DNA of 64,000 bases. Origin: an uncultured archaeon (lineage in GTDB: Archaea; Asgardarchaeota; Lokiarchaeia; Sigyniarchaeales; SOKP01). A program made the position numbers and the translations under genes. Shown here piece by piece: positions 20,266 to 30,810 of the stretch (position 1 is its first letter; every line of letters starts with the position of its first letter). The stretch covers positions 84,889 through 148,888 of the forward strand of contig CAZALK010000010.1 in assembly GCA_964486045.1 (NCBI GenBank), in the 5' to 3' direction. The notes beneath the pieces were generated by a model that was given only the letters and a program-made list of their open reading frames with translations, was not told the origin of the DNA and did not search any database.

Positions 20266-20961
20266 ATTTCAGAATATTTATCTTTAGCGTTATCACTTGA
20301 ATATATTATTGTAACACATAGAGAGTCGCAAGAAATCATTTATTATAAGACAGCAGGTAACTTTGATCCTGATTTACTTGATATTTTCCGAAGTTCAATT
20401 CAATATGGAATTTTAAACTTACCACCTGAACAAGGTGAAATTGAACAAGCTACTTTAGAGGGTAAATTTCTAATTACTCGTGCCGGTAGGATGATCTGGA
20501 TTACTTTAATTAAAAATAACATCCCTACGCTTTTTGCAAGAGAAGTTTTAAAAATTTTTTGTGAGATATTTGAAGATTCATATAACCGTGAGATTATTGA
20601 CTTGTATTCACATTTTAAAGGTGATATTTCCATTTTTCGAAAGGAATCGAAATCCCGGCAAAGCATTGAGGGTTTAATTGAAGATGTTTTTCATTTATAC
20701 TTGAATTTGCCATTTAAAATAGGCTCCTCAAAAGGTAAAAAATTATCCCCAAAATCAAAAAAGATAATTCAGTTTGCAAAAGACCTTATTCATAAAACTA
20801 AAGATTACATTTATTTGGAAAAATTATTTAACGAAGTGAGTAGGTCTCTTACATTCAATAATGAAGATCCTGCCGATTTAATTTTTGATTTAGTTAATAC
20901 TAAAATTCTCTTGCCAGTCTCTTTAGAAAATGGAAAAAAGAAATTGATTGTTCATTTCTAA
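20266..20961 (+). CDS. Longin-like domain protein (reading frame extends well upstream of ATG 20491)
   Basis: Frame open from 20251; upstream part SLEYIIVTHRESQEIIYYKTAGNFDPDLLDIF looks like a longin N-terminus; putative ATT start at 20266. Confidence 0.6.
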   Translation: MSEYLSLALSLEYIIVTHRESQEIIYYKTAGNFDPDLLDIFRSSIQYGILNLPPEQGEIEQATLEGKFLITRAGRMIWITLIKNNIPTLFAREVLKIFCEIFEDSYNREIIDLYSHFKGDISIFRKESKSRQSIEGLIEDVFHLYLNLPFKIGSSKGKKLSPKSKKIIQFAKDLIHKTKDYIYLEKLFNEVSRSLTFNNEDPADLIFDLVNTKILLPVSLENGKKKLIVHF

Positions 20962-21035
20962 GTGAAAACTTTTTTGATCAAAAAGTTGAAAAAAATGTAA
21001 TATTGATGTTGAATGGAAGGTATTCATTTTTTTTG

Positions 21036-21665
21036 TTAATCTGTATCTTCTAATTTATTGATCAAGGAAGCCCCACAATTAGGGCAATATTCTATTTCTC
21101 TGCCAATTTCAGATCCACATTTATAACACATTATTTCGAGCTCAAGAACAATAGGAATGATTTCCATAACATTTTTTAAGGTTTCTGTTAAAGCCTTTCG
21201 AATTTCTTCGACTTTCTCTTTCTTTTTTTCCTGTGGAAAAGAGTGCACGTAAATTGAAGAAAGCTCTACTAAAAAATTCTCAATAAATTTGAGTTGATCA
21301 AGATAATTCTTATTTACCTTATGTTTTAATAATTCTTCTCCCGCTTCAGTTAAAGAGTAGACTTTTCTCAATGGACCTATTGGACTTTTAACCTTTTGGG
21401 CTTTTAAAAATCCATCTTTGTCCAGTTTTGATAATATCGGATAAACAGTGCCAGATTGGGCCTTCCAAGTTCCAGCAAAATGCCTATTAAGGTTTTTAAT
21501 CAAATCATAACCTGAGAGTTGCTTGCTATTAAAAATGTTTTCAATTATTATAAATTCAAGGGGTGTAAGCCTACTTTTTTTTAGATTAATAAATACTTCC
21601 TCTCGAATCTTAGACTTCAAGCTTTTTAAATCTTCCTCAAAATCTAAGAACTTACCAAGCCACAT
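21036..21665 (-). CDS. PadR-family regulator with C-terminal zinc ribbon
   Basis: SGYDLI..GTVYPILSKL..RKVYSLTEAG; CxxC..CxxC tail. Confidence 0.9.
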   Translation of the reverse strand: MWLGKFLDFEEDLKSLKSKIREEVFINLKKSRLTPLEFIIIENIFNSKQLSGYDLIKNLNRHFAGTWKAQSGTVYPILSKLDKDGFLKAQKVKSPIGPLRKVYSLTEAGEELLKHKVNKNYLDQLKFIENFLVELSSIYVHSFPQEKKKEKVEEIRKALTETLKNVMEIIPIVLELEIMCYKCGSEIGREIEYCPNCGASLINKLEDTD

Positions 21666-21678
21666 TTTAATACTATCC

Positions 21679-22191
21679 TTAGATATTTTTTTTTTGTCTT
21701 TTCCGCATTTTTTCTAGTTCTTTTTCAATAGCTCTCTCTTTTCCTGATTGACGTTTTCCACTTATCTCAACCCTTCTGCTAAAATAGAGAATGTAAATAA
21801 TAAAGTGTAAAATAACTGCCGTTCCCCAAAAAATACTAGGAAAAATCACCCAATAAAACTCTGAAAATGTTACAACATTCACGATAAACAAAAATAGCAT
21901 GACAAAAATATATGTTACTAAATGGTAAATTACTCCTCGTTTAGCCATTGGATAAATTCCTCTTGCGTATAAAATATATGCTAATACATGCATATTAACT
22001 CCGATTAACCATGAGAAACAAGGAAAAATGAACCAGTAAAGTTCTGGTGTATAGAAAAAATTCACTAGAAAAAGCAATATGTTGACGATTATGAATAATA
22101 CTACATGCATTTTCACAGAAAACCTAAAACTCACTTTTTGCGCAGCTATTTCTCTTAAATTTTCTTCTGAAAACCCGGAATTTAAACTCAT
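21679..22191 (-). CDS. Tandem 2TM-domain membrane protein
   Basis: Two H...VN....YW.IFP...W repeats; ends IEKELEKM. Confidence 0.75.
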   Translation of the reverse strand: MSLNSGFSEENLREIAAQKVSFRFSVKMHVVLFIIVNILLFLVNFFYTPELYWFIFPCFSWLIGVNMHVLAYILYARGIYPMAKRGVIYHLVTYIFVMLFLFIVNVVTFSEFYWVIFPSIFWGTAVILHFIIYILYFSRRVEISGKRQSGKERAIEKELEKMRKRQKKNI

Positions 22192-22408
22192 AAGTGTCGC
22201 TCGGAAGATCTATTTTCAGATTTTAAAATCTAATTTTTACTAGTATTTAAAAACATGCATCCTATTAAAAACGCTTGATATTCTCAAATTCATAGAGATA
22301 ATACTAATTATATTCTTATCAATAGAATCAATCAAGAGTATGCTTGATTGGAAAAACTATAAATATAAATTTTAACATTTTTACACAAATCTTCAGCTTG
22401 GTAACTTT

Positions 22409-23056
22409 ATGTCGTCATTATCGGATTATCTTGACAAACTAGAAGAATGGGATCATAGGGCATTCCTAAATATTTACAAAAGTGACTTCAGCAAGAGAAC
22501 AAAAAAATTTGCGATAGCCTTTAGTTTTCTAGGTTCTTTATATTTTTGGGGCTTGATTTGGTTAATTTGGTTTATTTACGGGTATGTAACAAAAGATTAT
22601 TACCTTCTAGTCATTTTTACAAGTGGGTTTGAGCAGTCAATTATTATTCACAGCATCATTAAATATAAAATAATCAGAAGAAATCGACCTTACATAAAAT
22701 TAAAGAAGAATGGTGTTAAGAAACATGACGATTTTATCAGAATTCCATATATTATGAGCGAATCAGATAAAAAGTCATTTCCTAGTGGGCATGTTGCTTT
22801 CTTTCTTCTTTTTGGTCTCATTTTTGCTTTTTATTTTCAGAGTTCATTAATGTTAATTATCTTCGTCATATTAGATATTGTAATTGCACTTTCACGACTG
22901 GTTTTAGGAGTACATTTTCCTATAGACGTTATTTTTGGTTTTGTGTTTGGTCTTCTTTACGGTTTATTATATCTTGGGGTCACCTATATCTACTGGTTAA
23001 AGTTTTATTACTGGCTCGGTCCAATTTTCTCGAGTATATTCCACTTTTGGTTATAA
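22409..23056 (+). CDS. PAP2-family phosphatase
   Basis: K..RxRP, SFPSGH and SRLVLGVHFPIDV motifs. Confidence 0.92.
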   Translation: MSSLSDYLDKLEEWDHRAFLNIYKSDFSKRTKKFAIAFSFLGSLYFWGLIWLIWFIYGYVTKDYYLLVIFTSGFEQSIIIHSIIKYKIIRRNRPYIKLKKNGVKKHDDFIRIPYIMSESDKKSFPSGHVAFFLLFGLIFAFYFQSSLMLIIFVILDIVIALSRLVLGVHFPIDVIFGFVFGLLYGLLYLGVTYIYWLKFYYWLGPIFSSIFHFWL

Positions 23057-23163
23057 AAAGAATAATGGGATTGACCAATTCTAAAGTAGAGTTAGCCTTT
23101 GCGTTTTTGCCATAGATTAATTAAAAAAATATTTAAAAATGAGACTAGATTTACTTTTCCATT

Positions 23164-24615
23164 ATGAGTGTTGAAACAAGTTCAGAAATAGAAGAAAAAA
23201 CAGGATTTTTCATTCTTATAAAAAGGCTTTGGCAACATTTCTTAGTTTATAATACACTTGCTTTTACAATTTCTACTTTATTTATCAATATCGTTATTGT
23301 TTCTGGAATTATGTGGCCTGGAGATACATTTGCAGATCATGCAAATGAATTAGGTATTTTGACAGGAACCTCGATGTATATTGTAGCGTTATCGGGGATC
23401 CTCTTTGGTGTTTTAGCGGATAAATTTTCAAGAATAAAGTTGATGTCAATAGTTGAATTGATTTTTGGAATGGGTTTATTCCTCAATGGGTTGGTACCAG
23501 AGGGTCAAGGTGGAACAACATTTTATTTATTCCTTACGTTTAGTTTGGTAAGAGGATTTTCAATCGGAGGTATCTGGCCTCTTATTTCTTCTCATGTTAA
23601 CGATTCTACAGAAGATAAAGAACGATCTCAATTTTTTGGCGCGATGCAAGCAATGTTTCAATTGTTTCAAATTATAGGAATGTTAATCTCAGCATTAGCA
23701 TTTCAAAATAATTATTGGAGACAATTTTATTTTATCGCAGGAATAGTCGCAATGTTCTTTAGTGTAATAATATTCATTAAGGGGAGAGAACCAAAACGTG
23801 GTGCTACACGCGATGAATTAAAAGATGTTCTTTCAAGTGAAGAGATTGTTTATGAATATCGGTTGACCAAAGAAACAATAAAATCCACGATAATAGCACC
23901 CACAAACTTAATTGCTTTTTTCGAAGGCATATTCACTTCGATCATATTATCTGTTCCTGACTTCCTGTTAATTGCTTATTTGCAATCTCCTCCTTACTAC
24001 ATATCCCCACTTGTAACGGCTTTCTTTATGATTATTTTTGGGTTGCCTGGAGGTGTAATTGGTTCTTTAGCTTTTGCTAAACTATCTGATCGGTTAGGTA
24101 AAAAAAATATCAAAAATAGAATATATATGATTGTAATTTCAATAATAATATTATCGTTTGTTTATCTCCTTATTTTTAATATACCTATTCCAGTCATGTC
24201 TATTTCAGAAGGAAGTAACTTTTTATTTGTTATGTCTATCCCCACTATGTTGGTAATGGGTTTATTGGCACTTATAGCACGTTCAACTGTGGGACTTTGG
24301 AATATAAATCAACCGCCTCTCCTGCAAAAAATAAATCTACCTGAAGCTCAGGGTAAAATTACTTCCGCAAATCAATTCTTAGAGTCAATTGGAAGCGGTA
24401 CAGGGCCAATAATTGCAGGAATTTTATTAATAACCTTTCAAAATTTCCAACTTACAATACTTATAACTACGATATTGGGCATGATTGGTGGTTTATTTTG
24501 GTTAACATCTTCAATTTGGATAAATAAAGATATAAATCGTATTTCCACCATTTTAAAGGAGCGAGAAATCGAATTAAGTCGCAAATCAAACTCAAATAAC
24601 ATTGATAACAGATAA
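23164..24615 (+). CDS. MFS transporter
   Basis: 12 TM; GVLADKFSR and KLSDRLGKK motif A. Confidence 0.88.
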   Translation: MSVETSSEIEEKTGFFILIKRLWQHFLVYNTLAFTISTLFINIVIVSGIMWPGDTFADHANELGILTGTSMYIVALSGILFGVLADKFSRIKLMSIVELIFGMGLFLNGLVPEGQGGTTFYLFLTFSLVRGFSIGGIWPLISSHVNDSTEDKERSQFFGAMQAMFQLFQIIGMLISALAFQNNYWRQFYFIAGIVAMFFSVIIFIKGREPKRGATRDELKDVLSSEEIVYEYRLTKETIKSTIIAPTNLIAFFEGIFTSIILSVPDFLLIAYLQSPPYYISPLVTAFFMIIFGLPGGVIGSLAFAKLSDRLGKKNIKNRIYMIVISIIILSFVYLLIFNIPIPVMSISEGSNFLFVMSIPTMLVMGLLALIARSTVGLWNINQPPLLQKINLPEAQGKITSANQFLESIGSGTGPIIAGILLITFQNFQLTILITTILGMIGGLFWLTSSIWINKDINRISTILKEREIELSRKSNSNNIDNR

Positions 24616-24670
24616 TTCAAACATACCAAAAAACTTTTTTTCCATATTCCTTTATCATTATTGTTAACAT

Positions 24671-25969
24671 ATGCAATTACGCTTGAAAAAAAGAAAAAAG
24701 GAATCGATACCACTCAGTCATAAATATACCTCAGATTTCGATTCAGTCATTTTGATTGTTATCTGGAATTCACTCGGATTTTTTTTTGTAGACTTTATTA
24801 TCACATATATTATTAGTCAAGTCTTAGGTGCTTCTGGCGTTGCTATTGGGCTTTTCCCTGCATTTTTAATGTTTGGTATGTTAATCAGTTCATCATTTGC
24901 AGGTTTTTTAGCAGATCGTTTCCCAAAACAAAAATTAATTATGATTGGTTCATTTGGGCGCGGATTATCATATTTTGGACTTTATTTTTCAATTATTACC
25001 AAATCCTTAACGGGAATGTATATCAGTGCGTTTGCCCTTGGAGCAGGAGCGATGTTATTTTGGATTCCATTAGATACACTTATTTCAGAGAAGTCCTCGA
25101 AATATCATCGTTCTTCCGCTTTTGGGCGCAGGAGATTTGCTTTAGGAATTGGACAAGTGATTGGTGCAATAGTAGGTTTCACCATTTTTGCATTGACAAA
25201 TTATTTCATACCGGATAATATTTTTCTAGTTTTTTGTGCTATTCCATTATTTGGAGTTGCTAATTTTTACGCTGGAATACGGTTCTACAGAAAAGTTAAT
25301 GAAGATAATAAGTTTCAAGATGGTGAAGATCAAAGATCTACGATTGATAATCCCGGTTTATCAGGTAAATCAGAACAAAAATATGTATTAGGAATAACCT
25401 TATTGTTCTTCGCAATGATTTTAGGTGCAATTAATGCTGGAATTTATAGACCCTTTATATTACCAATCATCTTTCAAAATATAAGTAGTAATGTAAATTT
25501 GATCTCTTGGTTTTTTCTCCCTTCTACCATTATCGGAACATTAATTGCACCAAAATTAGGGAATCTTGGAGATAAACTTAATCCTTATCTTACTGTCTCA
25601 ATAACAAGTTTAATTGGAGGAATTTTAACATTACTTATCATTTTTTCTAAGGATATATGGACTTTTTCTTTGTTATTGGTATTCGATAACACAATCATAC
25701 TTGCATCTGGATTTGTATTTATTAATTTTCTCAGCCGCATTTCCATTAAGGACAGGGGTAAAATCTTCGGTTTAATTAGCACTTTCGAGTCAATTGGATT
25801 TATAATAGGCCCCATCCTCGGTGGTTTAGTTTGGGATGCTTTTAGCTCCAGTGCCCCTTTTATTATTTCAATTATTGTTGAATGGTCCTTAATTCCCTTT
25901 TTCGCATTTGGGATATGGATTCTCAACCCAAAAATAGTAGAAGTATTAGAAGACCAAATTATAAAGTGA
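24671..25969 (+). CDS. MFS transporter
   Basis: GFLADRFPKQ, RGKIFG, IGPILGG. Confidence 0.88.
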   Translation: MQLRLKKRKKESIPLSHKYTSDFDSVILIVIWNSLGFFFVDFIITYIISQVLGASGVAIGLFPAFLMFGMLISSSFAGFLADRFPKQKLIMIGSFGRGLSYFGLYFSIITKSLTGMYISAFALGAGAMLFWIPLDTLISEKSSKYHRSSAFGRRRFALGIGQVIGAIVGFTIFALTNYFIPDNIFLVFCAIPLFGVANFYAGIRFYRKVNEDNKFQDGEDQRSTIDNPGLSGKSEQKYVLGITLLFFAMILGAINAGIYRPFILPIIFQNISSNVNLISWFFLPSTIIGTLIAPKLGNLGDKLNPYLTVSITSLIGGILTLLIIFSKDIWTFSLLLVFDNTIILASGFVFINFLSRISIKDRGKIFGLISTFESIGFIIGPILGGLVWDAFSSSAPFIISIIVEWSLIPFFAFGIWILNPKIVEVLEDQIIK

Positions 25970-26000
25970 AAAATAAGTAGATAAAAATCCTTTTAATTTA

Positions 26001-26537
26001 CTAATACCAATCAACAAATTCTTCGACCATGTGTCGTTCTCTTTGCTTATTAACAGCCTTTACTCTAGCTTCATCAATATGACCTATTGCGATAACACCC
26101 ATTAATTCGTATTTCTCTAGAGAATATTTAAAAATCTCGTTAACCTCATCCTTTTTATTTAGAATTTCACCAATCCATGTAGCCCCAATGTCTTCATGAG
26201 CATGAACGGCCAGGAGGATATTTTGCATAAAGGCTCCAATCGCTTGAATATCTTTTGTTCTATCATAACCTTTCTCTAAATCCAAAAAAACAACTAAGCT
26301 TGCATAAGCTTCTTCAATAATCCCTCCATATTTAGTAAGTTCTGAAACCATTCTTTTAACGGTGGGATGAATAACAACGCAAACATGCCATGGTTGTGAA
26401 TTTCTCCCAGAAGGAGCCCATCTACCGCAATCTAACCAGTCCATAATTGTTTTTTTATCAATTTTTTGGTAAACAAAGCTTCTAATGCTTTTTCTTTCTT
26501 TGATAAATTCAACAATATCATTTTTAATTAGATCCAT
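26001..26537 (-). CDS. Nitroreductase family protein
   Basis: RKSIRSF, APSGRNSQPW, QNILLAVH..GATWIG. Confidence 0.92.
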   Translation of the reverse strand: MDLIKNDIVEFIKERKSIRSFVYQKIDKKTIMDWLDCGRWAPSGRNSQPWHVCVVIHPTVKRMVSELTKYGGIIEEAYASLVVFLDLEKGYDRTKDIQAIGAFMQNILLAVHAHEDIGATWIGEILNKKDEVNEIFKYSLEKYELMGVIAIGHIDEARVKAVNKQRERHMVEEFVDWY

Positions 26538-26685
26538 ATTTGTAAATTGGTAAATCTTACATTAAATATTTTTCCCTCTCGGATAATATGTAGATGTTAT
26601 CACCATATTTCTTCTATTTTTGTTTTAGATACCTTATTATCTAAATTAGTAAGCAAATTTTATGTTATTTTCTTGGGGAAACAAG

Positions 26686-27030
26686 ATGGGAAAACTTTGG
26701 AGAAAAAAAAATGATAATGACCTATTGAGCTCCCCACAAGAGGCAATGGGATTCTCAAAAGAATATTCTTCGCTGCTACATAACTTTATCATAAAGAAGT
26801 ACGACTTCTCAAACCTCAACCAAATAGAGGATATTAAAAAGCAATTATTAGGTCGCAGAATACTACTGATTAACGTAAAAGAAATTTTGGAGAATGGAGA
26901 AGTGTCAGAACTAAAAAGTTGCATAGAAGAATTGAAAATTTTTTTAAGAGAGAATGGAGGATCTATAGGGCGTCTTGGTGATCAATATCTCATATTAACA
27001 CCAAATTCTCATATAAAAATAGCAAACTAA
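26686..27030 (+). CDS. sepF: Archaeal SepF (cell division)
   Basis: IEDIKKQL..ILLINV..IEELK..GGSIGRLGDQYLILTP pattern; start at ATG 26686 or 26662. Confidence 0.78.
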   Translation: MGKLWRKKNDNDLLSSPQEAMGFSKEYSSLLHNFIIKKYDFSNLNQIEDIKKQLLGRRILLINVKEILENGEVSELKSCIEELKIFLRENGGSIGRLGDQYLILTPNSHIKIAN

Positions 27031-27047
27031 TGAACCTTACGAAATAA

Positions 27048-27548
27048 TCACCTTTCATTAGACTTATGCTTGATGATCAAATCCCGAAATACCTTGAGAT
27101 TCTTCTTCCTTTGGTCAATATAACCCTCAGTCCACCCTCTCGTCTCATCGTACTCCCATGTAGTAGAGTAAAGAATCGCATCGTACACCTCAAAGGGCAT
27201 TCTTGTTTTGGTATAAAGTATTAATAAGCCAAGAATCTGATACCCGATATATATATCATCCATATCCGCAACCCAACTACCCTTAAGGGGTGGTTTTGGT
27301 CTCAAAATGGGGTTCTCGACAATCTCTTTAAATTTATGAATATAATTTAGAATCTCATCCAAGAAATATTCCAGTACCTTACTGGTGATTACCTTTCCAA
27401 GAGAAGAGTAAGAAGTTTCGAAATCAAGCCCACAGAGCTCAAGGAAAAACCTCTCCCATTGATGTTCATGATCTAGCTCCCTAATATCAAAAGGATTTAA
27501 ACCTCTGCTTATTAATTCATCCATTACCTCCAACATATTATTCTCCAT
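27048..27548 (-). CDS. Hypothetical protein (islet cargo)
   Basis: 166-aa ORF with protein-like composition; no recognised family. Confidence 0.7.
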   Translation of the reverse strand: MENNMLEVMDELISRGLNPFDIRELDHEHQWERFFLELCGLDFETSYSSLGKVITSKVLEYFLDEILNYIHKFKEIVENPILRPKPPLKGSWVADMDDIYIGYQILGLLILYTKTRMPFEVYDAILYSTTWEYDETRGWTEGYIDQRKKNLKVFRDLIIKHKSNER

Positions 27549-27616
27549 TTAAAAAAAGAAGAGTATATTTTTTTATAAAAAATATAGAAATATTAATATT
27601 TAAAATTAGAGCGTTC

Positions 27617-27829
27617 TTATTTATATTTCCCTAAATAGTATCCTGATAAACTAGAATATGATATGATTATGTCATCAAAGGATAATGACTCGTAATTCCG
27701 GTCATTAGTTGCGCGAAGAAGCGTTTCGTAAAACAATTTTAGCTGAACATTAGATTCAAACTGAACTTGGAAGGTATTCTCCATAATATCTCTTGGATCT
27801 TTACCCCACCTAAGTAATTCTACCGTCAT
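27617..27829 (-). CDS. Small hypothetical protein (islet cargo)
   Basis: Likely start MTVELLRWGKDP at 27829; the longer ORF call runs into the sepF repeat. Confidence 0.45.
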   Translation of the reverse strand: MTVELLRWGKDPRDIMENTFQVQFESNVQLKLFYETLLRATNDRNYESLSFDDIIISYSSLSGYYLGKYK

Positions 27830-27999
27830 ATCCACTCTTAATAGAGCCTTCAAGGTAGAAAAGAGATAAATATGGTTTTCTCCTAGTATATAAGTTGCGA
27901 GTTGATGTATGAACAATTTTGAGTTGAGAGAATTCTCTGAGACTCCTGCACGTGATGACACCAAATTCTCATATAAAAATAGCAAATTAATAAGTAGGA

Positions 28000-28725
28000 T
28001 TATTTAATTTTCGGAATCAGTAAAACAAAATTGCTTCCTTTTGAAAAATCCCCTTTAACTTTATCTTCAATCCAAATTTCACCCTTATAGGAATCAACCA
28101 AATTCTTAACTAAAAATAATCCAAATCCCATAGTTTTTCCATTATTTGGGCTTGTATTCTTCAGTTTAAAAATATTCTTTTTCCTTTCATTATCGATTCC
28201 AACACCATTGTCTATAAATTCCATTTTCAAATATTTCTTCTTATGTTTACACACTTCAGAAATTTTGATTGTTATTTTAATGATTTCATTTTTATTATGT
28301 ACAACCGCATTGATTAATAGATTTTCGAACACATCTTGAAGGAGTGAATTCGCATTAACGTAATATTCCGTGAAAGAAGTATTAACATTAAACGTTACAT
28401 TCTCTTGAAGTGGAGTCTTTACAAAATTAAGTGCAGTCCTCAATAAATCACATACCTCAATTTTATGAAGATTCAATTGATCCTTCTCTAGTTGAGAAAG
28501 TTTATGGACATTTGATATAAGTCTAAATCCCCTTGAAGTTTGCTGTTTAATTGTTCCAAGAAGATCTTTTACTTTACCCTTTCGTTTTGGATCATTGATG
28601 TAAAGATCAGTAAGTTCACTTGAAGTTCTTATATTTTGTAAAATCTGATTTAAATCGTGGATCAACAAGTTAGATAGGAGATTGTCTTTTTCCATTTGAT
28701 TATCTGAATTAAAAATTTCAAACAT
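28000..28725 (-). CDS. Sensor-less histidine kinase (HisKA + HATPase)
   Basis: HDLNQ H-box, VFENLLINAVVH, DNGVGI, GFGLFLVK. Confidence 0.88.
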   Translation of the reverse strand: MFEIFNSDNQMEKDNLLSNLLIHDLNQILQNIRTSSELTDLYINDPKRKGKVKDLLGTIKQQTSRGFRLISNVHKLSQLEKDQLNLHKIEVCDLLRTALNFVKTPLQENVTFNVNTSFTEYYVNANSLLQDVFENLLINAVVHNKNEIIKITIKISEVCKHKKKYLKMEFIDNGVGIDNERKKNIFKLKNTSPNNGKTMGFGLFLVKNLVDSYKGEIWIEDKVKGDFSKGSNFVLLIPKIK

Positions 28726-29079
28726 GAATTTAAGGTCTTTACAAATCTGTCTTGATATTTATATATTAATTATTAAAACAAGTATTTAAATAAATAGTTG
28801 TTTAATTTTTCATGTCAGTCATATGAAAAAAAAGAAATATTAGGAAATGTTGGAGAAATTAAAATAAGTGGAAGAATTATTTTATGGTGTTTATATTAAC
28901 ACTTCTAATAATTGTAATTTTGATGCATCATTATCTTGTTTCAACTATAAGTATTTCTCCGATACTAAATTCCCCCTGTGCTCTAAAACAGTTAAATTTT
29001 GAATTATTTACATTCTAATTTATGATAATTTAAAATATAAAAACTATAATGGTAAATGTTTGTATGCAACTCCCTCCTA

Positions 29080-30600
29080 CTATTCCTTGAAAATTATAAT
29101 ATCATCCCATACAGATCTCTCTTTCCCGTAAGGATCATTTTCTACTTTTATATCCTTCCCGAATATCATGGTTGCTCTATTATCTCTATATTGAGCCCAT
29201 TTTGGAACTTCTTTATTATTAGGGTTACCGTTTCTAGCGAACGAAATCCAACAATCCATCATTTTTCCACTAAGTTCCTCAGTTTCTTTATTGGATTCAG
29301 GGAATAACTTGAAGTTCACATTCCGAGGTGTGTCTAATGTACCGAATACGAAGGGAATTTCAATTGCGTGAACAGAACCTAACGATCCATTTCTTATAGG
29401 TGAAGGATAAGTGAACATATACATATAAGTGTCAGGTTGATTTTTCGATTGCATTTCTGCTAATAATGTGGATGGTACACGGAAAAATGCATCAGTTACT
29501 ATAGCACTATATACCTCGGTAGGATTTTCCCTCGTCTCACTATAAAGATCAATTATTTCGCGGACTTTTTCTTCGGATTGTCCCATTGGTTTCATCATTA
29601 AATTCAATCTATTGAATAATGCTTCAGTATTTTTTATGCCAGGATACCATAATTCCCATAATCTCATTTCATCTTTATTAGTACCGTGTAAAATTTCAAT
29701 GTTTTTTGTTTCACCATCAAGCACAGCTTTTAGAGGATGTTTTGGTAATGTTTTACCGTCAATGAGAGGGGAATACCCTAAAGCAAATGCAGTTCCTCCT
29801 TCCAATACTTGCTGATCCATCTTTGTCTGAGCCTTGATAATCTCCTCTGCCGAAATTTTTCTTAAACTGTCAATATCATCTTTTTCGATTTTCAGAAGTG
29901 AAGCTAACCTTTGTGCCGTTGCTATTGCCCTACCCTTTTGGTAACCAAGCGGATTTGTGCTTCCAGATTGTGGGATAATGCGATTAAACAAACCCTTAGC
30001 TGTAGGCATGCCAAGTAAACAACAAATTGCTCCCGCACCAGCAGATTCACCAAATACGGTAACATTCTCTGGATCTCCCCCAAAGTTCACAATATTTTCT
30101 TTAATCCATCTTAACGCTTCGATTTGATCGAGCAACCCAACATTTGCCGAAAAATTAGGGGCATCGGGAAGATAAAGAAACCCTAAAGGTCCTAATCTAT
30201 AATTAATTATAACTATAACTACATCACCACGAGCTGCTAAAGGAATTCCATCATAATTATTCGCTGAACCAGTCTTATATGAACCTCCATGGATCCAAAA
30301 CATAACAGGTCGTTTCTTATCATCGGATGCTGGAGTCCAAATGTTAAGTGTAAGGCAACTTTCTTCCCTCTGTGGAGGAGCAGGATCTGGAGTGAAAGGA
30401 CTGGGAGGTTGTGGAGCAACAGGACTCAACTCAGTTGCTTTTAACACACCATTCCATGAGTGCTTCGACTTTGGAGCATTAAATCTTAATTCCCCAACAG
30501 GAGGTTCCGCGTATGGAACTCCTTTATATATTTCTATACTTTTATCAATATATCCTTGTAGCTTTCCACTACTAATCTCAATAATTTTTGTTTTTTTCAT
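29080..30600 (-). CDS. Carboxylesterase type B (pnbA-like)
   Basis: GVPYAEPPVGELRF, WIHGG, FGGDPENVTVFGESAG. Confidence 0.94.
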   Translation of the reverse strand: MKKTKIIEISSGKLQGYIDKSIEIYKGVPYAEPPVGELRFNAPKSKHSWNGVLKATELSPVAPQPPSPFTPDPAPPQREESCLTLNIWTPASDDKKRPVMFWIHGGSYKTGSANNYDGIPLAARGDVVIVIINYRLGPLGFLYLPDAPNFSANVGLLDQIEALRWIKENIVNFGGDPENVTVFGESAGAGAICCLLGMPTAKGLFNRIIPQSGSTNPLGYQKGRAIATAQRLASLLKIEKDDIDSLRKISAEEIIKAQTKMDQQVLEGGTAFALGYSPLIDGKTLPKHPLKAVLDGETKNIEILHGTNKDEMRLWELWYPGIKNTEALFNRLNLMMKPMGQSEEKVREIIDLYSETRENPTEVYSAIVTDAFFRVPSTLLAEMQSKNQPDTYMYMFTYPSPIRNGSLGSVHAIEIPFVFGTLDTPRNVNFKLFPESNKETEELSGKMMDCWISFARNGNPNNKEVPKWAQYRDNRATMIFGKDIKVENDPYGKERSVWDDIIIFKE

Positions 30601-30810
30601 AATAATTCACCTTAGATTTATATCTAAATAAGTTTATCTTCTTTTTTGAAAAATTTCGATAAACCTTTCGATTTGGTCTATATGCTATTTTTTCTTTTAT
30701 ATCCCTTATCTAATGATATTTCATCTCAATTCTTAAATATTAAAAAAATATTTATTTGATTAAATAATTAAAAACATAACGTAGAATATTTTAAACGAGA
30801 TTTCATTTCA

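Larger units (their letters stand above)
26998..27990. mobile_element. 960-bp islet flanked by 33-bp direct repeats of the sepF 3' end
   Basis: ACACCAAATTCTCATATAAAAATAGCAAA(C/T)TAA at 26998-27030 and 27958-27990. Confidence 0.82.

Noticed and set aside
27830-27985. Long version of ORF 27617-27985
   Set aside because: Its ATG lies inside the antisense of the duplicated sepF tail, so it is probably fortuitous
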